The notes beneath the pieces are model-generated. The model searched no databases. It was not told the DNA's origin and saw nothing but the letters and a program-made list of their open reading frames with translations. Position numbers and translations under genes: made by a program. This document shows, one piece after another, positions 32,402 through 44,185 of a DNA stretch of 64,000 bases (its first letter is position 1; every line of letters begins with the position of its first letter). Origin of the DNA: Hydrurus foetidus (Eukaryota); NCBI GenBank assembly GCA_900617105.1, contig UYFQ01000852.1, positions 186,001-250,000 on the forward strand, in the 5' to 3' direction.

Positions 32402-33244
32402 ATGGCCATAGGCGTATTTGACTCAGGCGTGGGCGGTCTGACCGTTCATCGGGAACTGACCCGGCGTTTTCCCACGCGCGATCTCGTCTATCTGGCCGAT
32501 CAGGCCAATGCGCCGATCGGCTCCAGAAGCGGCGAGGAGATCGTAGAGATCACGCGGGCCGGTTGCGAGCGCCTGTTCCAGGCGGGGCCAGCGTCGTCGT
32601 CCTGGCCTGCAACACGCCTCGGCCGTGGCGCTGCGCCGGCTGCAGCAGACCTGGGTCGCCGAAGGCCGTGCGGCACGGGCGGCCGGTCAATGTCCCGGCA
32701 TCATCGTGCCCACGATCGAGGCGGCGACCGGCCTGCCCTGGACCTATGAGGCCGAACGGCTGGCCGACAAGGTCGAGGCCATCGACATCACCGGCGTCTT
32801 CTGCACCGCCGCCACCGCGCTCAGCCGGGTCTACGAGATCGAGATCGACAAGCGCCGCGAGGACCTGGCGGTCTTTCCGAACCCTGTCCGGGTCTGGCCG
32901 GCCTGATCGAGCTGGGGCCCCGACCGAGAACTGCGCGTCGTGGTCGCCGATCACGTGGACGCCCTGCGCCGCCGGATCGGTCGCCATCCCGACACCGCCA
33001 TCCTGGGCTGCACCACTACGAGATCGTCGCCGACCTGTTCGCCGCCGCCCTGCCCGAAGGCACGACCCTGATCCACCAGCCGAGCGCAGTGGCGGACGCC
33101 CTGAGCGGTATTTCTGAGCGCCACCCGGAGTACGCGCTCGGCGACAGCGGGCGACGCACCTTCCTGACGACCGGCAAGACCGGACCGCAGTCGGACCGCG
33201 TCAGCCAGTTCTGGGGTGCGCCGCTGAGCTTTGAGGCGGCTTAA
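32402..33244 (+). CDS. murI: Glutamate racemase
   Basis: [28 protein letters not shown]. Confidence 0.92.
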
Positions 33245-33761
33245 CCCGCCAGCGCCGTTTCCGACGCCACAATGCGGCTGGCGGCATGGACGACCGCACC
33301 GATGCGCAGCGCGGTCTGACCTGCTGGGCCGGCACGCCGTGCTTGCGCAGTTCGCTCGTGGGCGTCGAGGCAGGCCCCAGCCGCTGATGGCGCTGACCGC
33401 GGTGGACCACAGCTCGAAGTCCATCTTTTCCACGCCCGGATTGGCCAGAATGTTCATCCGCAGGCGCGCCGGAAGGTCGTGTACTCGGTGTTCTTCATCA
33501 GGTGCAGAGAGCGATAGTAGATGTTGTTCATGCCCATGATGGCGGCGGCGGCCTTGGCGCGTTCAGGGCCTCGGCGACAGTTTCCCGGCGGCGGCGGTCC
33601 TCGATGGCGCGCACGACGGGGCGACGCCGACCGCGTGGGCCGAGGCCAGAAACAGCCCCACTGCTGGTCGTTAAGCACGGCTTCGGAAGCCAGGGACGAC
33701 AGGTTCAGCGAAATGTCCTGGCATAGGCGGGCATCAGGTCGCGCAGGGTGTCGATCGACAT
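33241..33761 (-). CDS. ahpD: Alkyl hydroperoxide reductase AhpD
   Basis: [47 protein letters not shown]. Confidence 0.9.
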
Positions 33762-33902
33762 TTTTCCCTTCGAGAGGTCGGATACCGCTCGACGCGCGGC
33801 GTCTCGCCACTGAGCCGAAGGGGATCAGGGAGGGGCTTGCACGCGTCCGCGCTCAAGCAGCGAGTGACCGCGTCGCGAGCGATAGCGCCCTAAAGAGCGA
33901 GC

Positions 33903-33926
33903 GGCGACGGCATCACTGCCGTCGCC
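33903..33926 (-). other. Intercistronic stem-loop after ahpC
   Basis: GGCGACGGCA-TCAC-TGCCGTCGCC perfect 10-bp stem just past the ahpC stop. Confidence 0.6.
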
Positions 33927-33939
33927 CTCACACACAGAC

Positions 33940-34490
33940 TTAAGCCGCGAGCGTCTCGCCGCCGACCGGGCGGTTGCAGGCGCACAGTTCGTCGGTCTGA
34001 AGCGCGTCGACGACCCGCAGGGTGTCGGCGGGGCACGCCCACGTTCAGGTTGGTGACATAGACGTGCTGGATAACGTTGTGCGGATCGACCACGAAGGTG
34101 GCGCGGAGCGCGACGCCCTCGGCTTCGTCCAGGATGCCCAGCGCGCGGGCCAGCTTGCCGCCGTTGTCGCGAACTGCCAGATCGGCAGCTTGCTGAGGTC
34201 GGCGTGGTCGCGGCGCCAGGCCAGCTTGACGAACTCATTGTCGGTCGAGCCGCCCATCACGATGGTGTCGCGATCCTCGAAATCGCGCGCCAGCAGGCGA
34301 ACTCGGCGATCTCGGTCGGGCACATGAAGGTGAAGTCCTTCGGATAGAAGAAGATCACCTTCCACTTGCCTTCGAACGACGTGTTGGTGATCGGCTCGAA
34401 CGCCGAGACCCCGTTTTCCTCGTGGCTGTTGAAGCCGGGCTTGACGCCCATGATCTTGAACTCAGGCAGTGTCTGACCGACGCCGAACAT
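33940..34490 (-). CDS. ahpC: Peroxiredoxin AhpC
   Basis: GKWKVIFFYPKDFTFMCPTEIAEF, STDNEFVKLAWRR. Confidence 0.93.
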
Positions 34491-34589
34491 GGCTGTATCC
34501 CTTCCGGATGAAATCGAATGTCGTGGAGCGGAGCCGGGGAGGGCTTGCCGCGAGTGCGAAATGGCGGTTGCACTGCACAAAGTCAATGG

Positions 34590-34622
34590 ATAGAAGGGTC
34601 GAATACCATAGATAATATCTAT
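34590..34622. promoter_or_regulatory. OxyR-type binding site
   Basis: ATAG-N7-CTAT (34608-34622) plus upstream ATAG, between divergent ahpC and oxyR. Confidence 0.65.
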
Positions 34623-34642
34623 GACTTCGAGAGGCCGCGTCT

Positions 34643-35516
34643 ATGCTCCCCACCCTGCGTCAGCTGCAATATCTGAAGCTCCTGTCCGAGCATGGATCGT
34701 TCAGCCGGGCCGCCGAGGCGGCGCACGTCAGCCAGCCCGCCCTGTCGTCCGGCGTCCAGGAACTGGAGCGTGTCCTGGGCGCCCGTCGTCGAACGCACCC
34801 GGGGCAATGTGCAGCTGACGGCCGTCGGGGCCGAGGCCTGTCGGCGGGCTGAGGACGTCCTCGCCCGGACGGAGGACCTGGTCGAGCCGCCCGCAATGCC
34901 GGCAAGCCCTTGTCCGGGCGACTGCGGCTGGGGTCATCCCGACCGTGGCCCCGTTCCTCCTGCCGGCCACCCTGCCGAGGCTGAAGGACACCTATCCGGC
35001 CCTGCGCCTGTTCATCCGCGAGGACCTGACCCCGCGCCTGATCGCCGGGCTGAAGGCGGGCAACTGGACTGCGCCGTCATCGCCCTGCCCTATGACGCGC
35101 CAGGCATCGAACACGCCCGCATCGGCGACGACGAGATCCTGGCCGTCGCACCGTGGCCACGCGCTGGCGGCGGCGGGAGACATTCAGCCAGGGGCATTGA
35201 GGGCCGAGGATCTGATCCTGCTCGAAGACGGCCACTGTCTGCGCGATCAGGCCCTGGCCGGTATCGACATGGAGGCTCCGCGCGGCGAGGACGTCTCGCC
35301 GCGACGTCGCTGCATACCCTGGTGCAGATGGTTTCGTCGGGGCTGGGGTGTCGTTTCTGCCGGCCATGGCGGTGCGCGCGGGCCTTGCCGACGACAAGGG
35401 CGTCGTCATCCGGCACTTCGCCGCCGAGGCCCCCAGGCGCGAGATCGTCGTCGCCTGGCGGTCCGGGTCGAGCCGCGCGGCGGAGGCGCGCCTCGCCGCC
35501 GATGCGGCTGGATTGA
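34643..35516 (+). CDS. oxyR: LysR-type H2O2-inducible activator OxyR
   Basis: MLPTLRQLQYL...AHVSQPALS, LLEDGHCLRDQAL, ATSLHTLVQMV; divergent from ahpC. Confidence 0.9.
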
Positions 35517-35524
35517 ACGCAAGG

Positions 35525-35553
35525 AAAAGGGCCGGCGCTTGCGCGACCGGCCC
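35525..35553 (-). terminator. Rho-independent terminator downstream of acnA
   Basis: GGGCCGG..CCGGCCC hairpin followed by a T run on the minus strand, between convergent oxyR and acnA. Confidence 0.65.
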
Positions 35554-35575
35554 TGGTCTCAGAGCGGCGAGGCGA

Positions 35576-37399
35576 TCAGCCCGCCAGGTTCCGCAGCACG
35601 TAGGCATCACGCCGCCGGCCTTGAAGTAGTCCAGCTCGGTCTGGTTATCGATGCGGCAGCGGACCGGGAAGCGGGCCATCTTGCCGTCCGACGGGCGGAA
35701 CAGCTCGACCCACAGGTCCTGACGCGGACGCAGCTTGCCGACGTTGACGTCGGACAGGCCACGGATCGTCACGATCTCCTCGCCGGTCAGACCCAGCTTG
35801 CCCAGCCGTCCGCCTTGAACTGCAGCGGCAGCACGCCCATGCCGACCAGGTTCGAACGGTGGATCCGCTCGAAGCTTTCGGTGATCACGGCGCGGACGCC
35901 CAGCAGCTTGGTGCCCTTGGCGGCCCAGTCGCGCGACGAGCCGGTGCCGTATTCCTTGCCGGCGAAGACCACCGAGGGGCGACCCTCTTCCTGGTACTTC
36001 ATGGCCGCGTCGTAGATCGACATCACCTGGCCCGACGGGAAGTGCTTGGTGACGCCCCCTTCGATGTCCGGGGTGATGCGGTTGCGGATGCGGATATTGG
36101 CGAAGGTGCCGCGCATCATGACCTGGTGGTTGCCGCGACGCGCGCCGTAACCGTTGAAGTCGATGGGCTGCACGCCGTTGTCGACCAGGTACTGGCCGGC
36201 GGGGCTGGAGGTCTTGATCGAACCGGCCGGGCTGATGTGGTCGGTGGTGATCGAGTCGCCGAACACGGCCAGGACGCGGGCTTCCACGATGTCGGTGACC
36301 GGAGTCGGGGTCATCGACATGTTGGGGAAGTAGGGCGGGTTCTGGACGTAGGTCGAGTCACCTTCCCAGGCGTAGGTCTGGCCGCCGGTGATCTTGATGC
36401 CCTGCCAGTTCTTGTCGCCCTTGAAGACGTCGCCGTAACGGCTGGCGAACATCTTTTCGGTGACCGACTTGCGCTGCAGGACGGCGATGTCTTCGTTCGA
36501 AGGCCAGATGTCCTTCAGGAAGACGTCGTTGCCCTTCTTGTCCTGGCCCAGCGGCTGGGTGGCCAGATCGATCTTCATCGAACCGGCCAGGGCGTAGGCC
36601 ACCACCAGCGGCGGCGAGGCCAGGTAGTTGGCGCGAACGTCGGGGTTCACCCGGCCTTCGAAGTTGCGGTTGCCCGACAGCACCGAGCGGCGACCAGGTC
36701 GTTGTCGGTGATGGTCTTGCTGATGGATCCGGCAGCGGGCCCGAATTGCCGATGCAGGTGGTGCAGCCATAACCCACCAGGTTGAAGCCCAGGGCGTCGA
36801 GGTGCTTGGTCAGGCCGGCCTTCAGCAGATAGTCGGTGACCACCTGCGAGCCGGGGGCCAGCGAGGTCTTCACCCACGGCTTGACCTTCAGACCCTTGGC
36901 GACCGCCTTCTTGGCCAGCAGGCCGGCGGCGATCAGCACCGAGGGGTTGGAGGTGTTGGTGCAGGAGGTGATGGCGGCGATGACCGACGTCGCCGTCGCC
37001 GATGTCGAACGACTGGCCGCGACCGGGACGCGCGCGGCATCGGTGGCGCGGTTGAATACTCACCAGGGCCGTCTCGAACGACGGTGCGGCGACGGTCAGT
37101 TCGACCTGTCCTGCGGACGCTTGGGCCCGGCCAGTGACGGCACGACGGTCGAGATGTCCAGTTCCAGCACGTCGGAGAAGACGGGATCTTCGCTCGTTTC
37201 GTCGATCCAGAGGCCCTGGGCCTTGGCGTAGGCTTCCACCAGGGCGACGCGGGCGGCGTCGCGGCCGGTGCCCTTCAGATAGGCGATGGTCGCGGCCGAG
37301 ATCGGGAAGAAGCCGCAGGTCGCGCCATATTCCGGAGCCATGTTGGCGATGGTCGCCTGGTCTTCCAGGGTCAGGTTGGCCAGGGCGTCGCCGTAGAAT

Positions 37400-37439
<40 letters not shown>

Positions 37440-38262
37440 GGGTGACGGTCAGCACCAGGTCGGTGGCCGTCGCGCCTTCCGGCATGGCGCCGGTCAGCTT
37501 GAAGCCGACGACTTCGGGGATCAGCATCGGGATCGGCTGGCCCAGCATCGCGGCTTCAGCCTCGATGCCGCCCACGCCCCAGCCCAGAACCGACAGGCCG
37601 TTAACCATGGTGGTGTGGCTGTCGGTGCCGACGACGGTGTCGGGATAGGCGAAGTTTTCGCCTTCGACCTCATTGGTCCAGACGGTCTGGGCCAGATATT
37701 CCAGGTTCACCTGGTGACAGATGCCGGTGCCGGGGGGCACGACGCGGAAGTTGTTGAAGGCCGACGAGCCCCAGCGCAGGAAGCGATAGCGCTCGATATT
37801 GCGCTCATATTCGCGGGCCACGTTGGCGTCGTAAGCCTTGGCGTCGCCGAAGTTGTCGACCATCACCGAGTGGTCGATGACCAGGTCGACGGGGTTGAGC
37901 GGGTTGATCTTGGCCGGGTCGGCGCCGAGAGCGACCATGGCGTCGCGCATGGCGGCCAGGTCGACCACGGCGGGAACGCCGGTGAAGTCCTGCATCAGCA
38001 CGCGGGCGGGACGGAAGCTGATTTCGTGCTCGACGGCGCCCTTGTTCTGCAGCCATGCGGCCACGGCCTTCAGGTCGGGTTCGTCGACGGACACGCCGTC
38101 TTCGTTGCGCAGCAGGTTCTCGAGAAGCACCTTCATCGAGACCGGCAAGGAAGAAACACCGGTCAGACCGGCTTCCTCAGCGGCGCGAAGGCTGTAATAG
38201 ACGTAGGTCTTGCCACCGACGATCAGTTCGCGGCGGGCTTTAAGGCTGTCAACAGACGCCAT
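35576..38262 (-). CDS. acnA: Aconitate hydratase A
   Basis: [72 protein letters not shown]. Confidence 0.97.
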
Positions 38263-38439
38263 TCGGGAGATCCCTTCTCTGTCCACGGCCGCCCGAAAAC
38301 CACTCCCGGGATCGCGCGATCGAGGCGGACCCACAGCGTCCATCCCCGCGCCGCGTCCCCTGACAAGCTGGAGGGGGACGGCCGAGGGCTTCTTAGCGCT
38401 GCTAATGTTCAACGTCCATGCGCGGGACAAGGTCTTGGC

Positions 38440-39047
38440 ATGTTGAGAACTGTTCTCATTAAAGATTTGGCCGTGTCTCGCGGCGAACGACGACTGTTTT
38501 CGGGCTTCAATCTGCAGATTGACGCGGGCGAAGCCGTGGAATTGACCGGTCGCAACGGGGCCGGCAAGACCAGCCTGCTGCGCGCCATGGCAGGCTTTGC
38601 GGCCGGAAGCCGGCGAGGTTGTCTTCGACGCCGACGCGAACGCCATCGGAGACCGCCCGAGGCCGAGCCAGGTGCACATGGTCGGCCACCAGGACGGCCT
38701 GAAATCCACCGGCTGGCGCTGGGACGAACTGATGTTCCAGTCGCAATGGCTGGGCGGAGCCGGCGACGGCCCGCCAGGCGGCCATCGGACCTGCGGCTGA
38801 AACCCTGCTCGACCTGGAGGTGCGCCGTCTGTCGGCTGGCCAGCGACGACGTCTGGCGCTGGCCCGCCTGATCGCCGCCGCCGCACGCTGTGGCTGCTGG
38901 ACGAGCCCCTGGCGCCGCTGGATGCCGGATGGCGCGACCTTCGGGGCGATGATGGCGCGTCATCTGGTGAGCGGCGGCTGATCGTGGCGGCGGTGCACGA
39001 TCCCCTGCCGATGGCGCGCGCGGGTTCGATCTGGGGCACGGTCGTGA
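38440..39047 (+). CDS. ccmA: Heme ABC exporter ATP-binding protein CcmA
   Basis: [47 protein letters not shown]. Confidence 0.88.
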
Positions 39048-39693
39048 GCGCCGTCGGCGTCCTGCTGGCGCGAGCTGGCCCTGGCCTGGGGCGGGGCGGC
39101 GGGCCGCTGCTGGCCCTGGCCTTCTTCGCCGGCGTCTCACCCTGCTGCCGATGGCCACCGGCCGCGCGCCGGAAAAACTGTGCCGCCATCGCGGCGGGCA
39201 TCGCCTGGCTGGCCCTGGCGCTGGCGGCCTGCTGTCGCTCGAACGCCTGTTCGAGCGTGATTGGACGACGGCGCACTGGACCTGCTCTGGCCACCGGCCC
39301 CTGCCGCTGGAGGTGGTGGCCGCGTCAAGGCGATCAGCCAGTGGCTGGCGACAGGCCCCTGGCCCTGACGGCCCCGGTCGCGGCCCTGGCCCTGGGCAGT
39401 CGATAGAACTGGCTCCGCTGACGGCGGCGTCGGCCTGATCGGGGTCTGGGGTTCGCCTTCACCGGTGCCTGGGCGCGGCCCTGGCCCTGCGGGGCGAAGC
39501 GGGTGGGCTGCTGATCGCGGTCGTGGTGCTGCCGCTGTTCATCCCGCCGGTGGTGTTCGGATCGGCGCGCTGGATCGGGCGGCCGCGGGCTCAGCCCGAT
39601 GCCGGCCCTGGCGCTGCTGACGGCCTACGTTCTGTTCGCGGTCGTGATCGCGCCCCCGGCGGGCGCCGCGGCGATCCGCAGCGCCCAGGATAG
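39044..39693 (+). CDS. ccmB: Heme exporter permease CcmB
   Basis: [31 protein letters not shown]; follows ccmA. Confidence 0.85.
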
Positions 39694-39699
39694 TGCGAT

Positions 39700-39835
39700 C
39701 TAGAGGCTGATCGGCTGAAGTGGAATCGCTTCGCGATCCCGCTGATGCCGTGAATCAGGCTCAGGACTAAGCGAGAGTTGATTCACGCTTTCGGCGGACC
39801 CACGAAGTGGGTCCTCCTCCGCGATCAAGCTCTAG
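39700..39835. repeat. CIR-like (Caulobacter intergenic repeat) palindromic element with GANTC sites
   Basis: CTAGAG..TGATCG / CGATCA..CTCTAG termini, internal CGTGAATCA / TGATTCACG arms, three GANTC sites. Confidence 0.75.
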
Positions 39836-40134
39836 CGAACGGCGGCGTAGCTGCCCAGCGTCTGGCTCAGGCGGCCGTGCTCGCGCGCGGTCATGCAGGG
39901 CGTGGCCCAGACCTCGCCCGTGGCGCGGCACGCAGGGCCTGATCCGCGGTCACGAAGACCGGGCGAGCCGAAGTCGCGGCGGTATGCGGCGCGCGTCGCC
40001 ATCGGAATCGCGCAGCATGACGACACGCTGGGCCCCCACGGGCGCGACGGCCGGTACGGCCTGTTCGGCGAAGGCCGGTGTGACGCCGAGGCGGCGAGAG
40101 CAATGACGGTGGACAAGGCGGCGAAACGGTTCAT
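39832..40134 (-). CDS. Small secreted hypothetical protein
   Basis: Signal peptide MNRFAALSTVIALA...AFA; PVFVTADQAL; CMTAREHGRL. Confidence 0.55.
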   Translation of the reverse strand: MNRFAALSTVIALAASASHRPSPNRPYRPSRPWGPSVSSCCAIPMATRAAYRRDFGSPGLRDRGSGPACRATGEVWATPCMTAREHGRLSQTLGSYAAVR

Positions 40135-40399
40135 GGCGGGCTCCTCCCATGCCTGAAAATGTCAGGGTTCGGAGCATTAATGCGCCACTTTCCGGCTCTG
40201 TAAAGAAAATAAGACAACTAAACCGACTTCGGATCAAAATCCTTTGTCAACGGCGCTCGCCTGCGCCTTGCCCCCGATCGCGGCTTCGTGCGTTGTCTTG
40301 CGTCGTGGAGCTTCCGTTTGACCAAACCGCTGATTTGCTGTCGATCTGGCGGGACGTAACGCTGCGCGCCTTGCAGCCTGCGGGCGTTCGGCTGGGCAC

Positions 40400-42351
40400 A
40401 TGGCGCGACTGGGTGGTCGAGAACGACCCGGTCTACCGGTCCTTTCGCCGGCCCGGCCGCACCGAGAAGATTGCGGCCTCGGTCGTGTTGGTTCTGATCG
40501 CGGCCATCGTGATATTCCTCCTGTTGTTCGACTGGAACTGGCTGAGGGCCCGATCGGGCGCTGGGCCCGGCGAAGCGACCGCGAGATCGCGTTGCAGGGC
40601 GATCTGGAGGTGAAGCTTTCAGCTGGACGCCCTCGGTGATCGTCAACGATCTGAAATCGGCGGCCCGTCCTGGCGACTGAGGCCGACACCGCCGACGTCG
40701 AGCGGATCGAGGCCCGGTTCCGGCTGAGGAAGCTGTTCGTCGGGCAGATCGAGATGCCACTGCTCTCGATCACACGGCCACGCATCGTACTGATCGCCAC
40801 CCGGGACGGAAAGCAGAGCTGGGACCTGGCGGACAAGCCCGATGACGGCCAGGCCATGAAGCTGCCGCTGATCAACCGGTTGGTCATCACCGACGGACGT
40901 CTGTCGGTGGACGAGCAACGCCGCGATCTCAGGCTGGAAGCCGCCGTCACGGCCCGGGAGGCGGCCTCCGATGCCGATGGCCGGAGCGGTTTCGTGCTGC
41001 AGGGCGAAGGATCGATCAATGGATCCCCCTGACCCTGAAGATCGAGGGCGGCCCCTTCATCAACATCCGGCGCAATCGCCCCTACGGGTTCAAGGCGACC
41101 CTGGCCGGGCCGGATCACGGCTCGTCGCCGACGGAGCGATCACCCGCCCGTTCGATCTGGGTCAGTTCACCTCGACGCTCAGCCTTCAGGGCAGCAACCT
41201 GAACGATCTGTATCTGCTGACCGGCGTCACCTGCTCAACACGCCCGCCTATCGGCTGGCGGGCGCACTCACCCGTGACGACAACATCTGGACCTTCAACG
41301 ACTTCAGCGGTCGGGTCGGGGCGTCAGACCTGGAAGGCGATGTCCGTGTGCAGGAGGGGACCGGTTGAAGGTCGATGCGACACTCAGCTCGCAGCGGCTC
41401 GACATCGACGACCTGACGACCATCCTCGGCGGCGGGCCCGGACCGACGCCGCCGGCACCAACACGACGACGATCAGCACCGGAGGCACGATCGGCAAACT
41501 GTTGCCGGATACACCTTGCAGGTGGAGCGGCTTCGGTCGATGGACGGGACGATCGCCTACCGCGCCGCCAGCGTGAAGGCGAACGACATGGATATCCGCA
41601 GGGTCCGGCTGGGCGGCGACCTGAAGGACGGCGTGCTGAACCTCGATCCCGTCACCTTCACCTTCAACCGCGGCACCCTGACCGGCACCGCGACCATCGA
41701 TGCCAATCCGCGCGTGCCCTACAGCAGAATCGACTTCGGCTGGCGGGCTATCCCCTGAATCGATCATTCCCGCCAGGGGTGGCGTCTCGCCCGTTTCCGG
41801 GTCGCCCTGGGTCGGGCGCGGCTCGAAGGCTCGCATCTGATCCATCGGTTCGCCGCGGCGTCGAAGGGATCGCTCAGCCTGGTCGTGCCGCAGGGCAGAT
41901 GCGCGAGGCCTTCGCCGAACTTCTGGGCATCAACGCCAGCGCGGGCCTGTTGAAGCTGCTGCGCGGCGACCAGTCCCGGAGCACCATCCGCCGCGGCGTG
42001 GCCGATTTCGACGTCACCAACGGCATCGCCCGGCCAGGACTCTGGTGGTCGATACCGACGTGGTGCTGGCCAGCGGCACGGGCTCGATCAATCTGGGCGA
42101 CGAGACGCTGAATCTGCGCATCGACGGCGAGAGCAAACGCCCGCGACTGCTACGCCTCTGGACGCCGATCCTGGTCACCGGCCCCTGACCGCGCCGCGCG
42201 TGGGGTCGATACCAGCCAGATCCTCGGTCAGGGCGGGCTGACGGCCCTGCTGGGTGCCGTGGTCGCACCGGTGGCGGCCCTGTTCGCCTTCGTCGATCCG
42301 GGTCTGGCCAAGGACGCCAACTGCGGGTCACTGATCGCCAACGCGCGCTGA
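40400..42351 (+). CDS. AsmA family protein
   Basis: FLLLFDWNWL, GRVGASDLEG, LSSQRLDIDDL, VADFDVTNG, GTGSINLGDETL; start uncertain. Confidence 0.8.
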
Positions 42352-42433
42352 ATCGGTCGCAGCCGGACGATTGAGCCAAACGCCGTCGTTGCGCGTATCT
42401 GACGGCAACGCTGTCCCCATCCCCAGAGATTCC

Positions 42434-43291
42434 ATGACCCGCAGAGGCCTGCTCGTTCCCGCGCTCGGTGCGCTCGTCGCCTCCATGGCCGCCGCCTGCA
42501 GCCCGCTGGGGTATTGAACGCCGTCGCCCTCGCGATCCCGGCGTCCGGCGCGTGGCGCGCGACCTCCCGTACGGCGACGATCCACGTCAGCGGTTCGACG
42601 TCTGCGCCGGCGGCCGCAGGCCAGGGTCGAGCCTGCCCGTGCTGGTCCTGTTCTATGGCGGCGGCTGGGATCCGGATCCCGGGCTGTCTACGCCTGGGCG
42701 GCCCAGGCCCTGGCGGCCCAGGTTCGTCGTGGCCCTGCCCGACTATCGGCTGGTGCCGGAGGTTCGTTCCGACCTTCGTCGAGGATGCTGCCGCCGCGAC
42801 CGCGAAGGTGGCCGAAGTCGCTGCGACCTATGGCGGGGACCGCGCCCGTCTGGGCGTCCTGGGTCACTCGGCAGGGGCGCATCTGGCTATGATGATCGCG
42901 CTGGACGCCCACTATATGGCGGACCTCGGCCAGCCCGGGCTGATCAAGGCCGCGGCGGGCTGGCAGGCCCCTATGACTTCCTGCCGTTCGACGTGGCCTC
43001 GTCCATCAACGCCTTCGGTCAGTGGCCGGACCCGCGCCAGACCCAGCCCCGACCTATGCCCGCCGACGCCCCGCCCCTGTGGCTGGGACACGGAACCGCC
43101 TGACGTCGTCGTCCACGACGAGGACACCATCCTGCTCGATGCGAGGATGCGCGCTGGGCGGTCGCTGCGAGGCGAAACTGTATCCAGGCCTGAACCACGC
43201 GGACCTGATCGCGACCTTCGCCCCCTGTTCCGCAAGAAGGCTCCCCGTGCTGGCCGACGTGGCGACGTTTTTCCATCGGGAACTCGGCTGA
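42434..43291 (+). CDS. Alpha/beta hydrolase (esterase/lipase)
   Basis: YGDDPRQRFDV, FYGGGW, PDYRLVP, GHSAG nucleophile elbow, YPGLNH. Confidence 0.88.
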
Positions 43292-43352
43292 GCCCTTTCC
43301 AATCTCGACAGTGGGCAGGAGAGGCCACAGTCGATGTCGGAGGGACGAAGAC

Positions 43353-44105
43353 ATGAACGTGGTCATGATCGCCACGCTGGTGCCGATGTTCTTCTGGCTG
43401 CCGATCAACCTGTCTCGCGCCTTCCGCCAGCATCGACGGTCAGCCAGGTCGGATCGGTCTCCGGACGCGCTTCCTCAGCGCCGAGGAGGCCTGGGCTCAC
43501 CGAAAGACGGAATTGTTGGACGCGATGGCCGCGACGCCCTCGGAAACAACGTCCATCGAGGGATTGGCCGAGACGTGCATCCCGCGCCATCTAGAAAACT
43601 GCCGGACCTATGAAGGCGGCTACTTCAGCGCACGAGGTCGGCGCTCTACTGGCAGCTTCAGGAAGGCGATGCCGACGAGAACGCGGCGTCAGCCGGGTTT
43701 GTCTTTGACCGAGTCTGCGGGCATTCTGACCCGGTGTTCTGGGCCTTCGAGGCGCACGACTATGAGCGTCCGGTGCTTGTGTGGATCGGCGATGATCCAG
43801 AACCCGTCATCGCGATCGGCGGCACCATGGCCGGAAGTGGCCACTACGACGCCGACGTGATCCTACGTTGGAATACCGGTCAGCAAACGCTCGTTCCAAT
43901 CGACAATCAGAGCTGGGGCCGTCATTTACACGAACGGCTTCCCGAAGGCCTCGGATGTCCGCAAAGGCCTGGGCTTCAGCTACGGGGAATCGGGCCGGTC
44001 CGTAGCCGAGCCCGGGCTCTGGCGGCCCGGAAGACAGCGACTGCTGCCCAAGCGGCGGAACCGCCAAACTGTATTTCGATATTAAAGGCGACGTTCTTGT
44101 CCTGA
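43353..44105 (+). CDS. Hypothetical exported protein
   Basis: Stitched frames with GGTMAGSGHYDADV, IDNQSWGRHL, LWRPEDSDCCPSGG. Confidence 0.5.
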
Positions 44106-44185
44106 GAGAAGTCGAAGTCCGGCCTCCGTCCGAGCCTTAAGCTCCACCGTCTCGCCAACGCCACGATCGTCCGCTAGAGGAGGTC

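Noticed and set aside
37096..39294. 732-aa aconitase with a long N-terminal extension
   Set aside because: The extension is the antisense of ccmA/ccmB; the real start is MASVDS at 38262.
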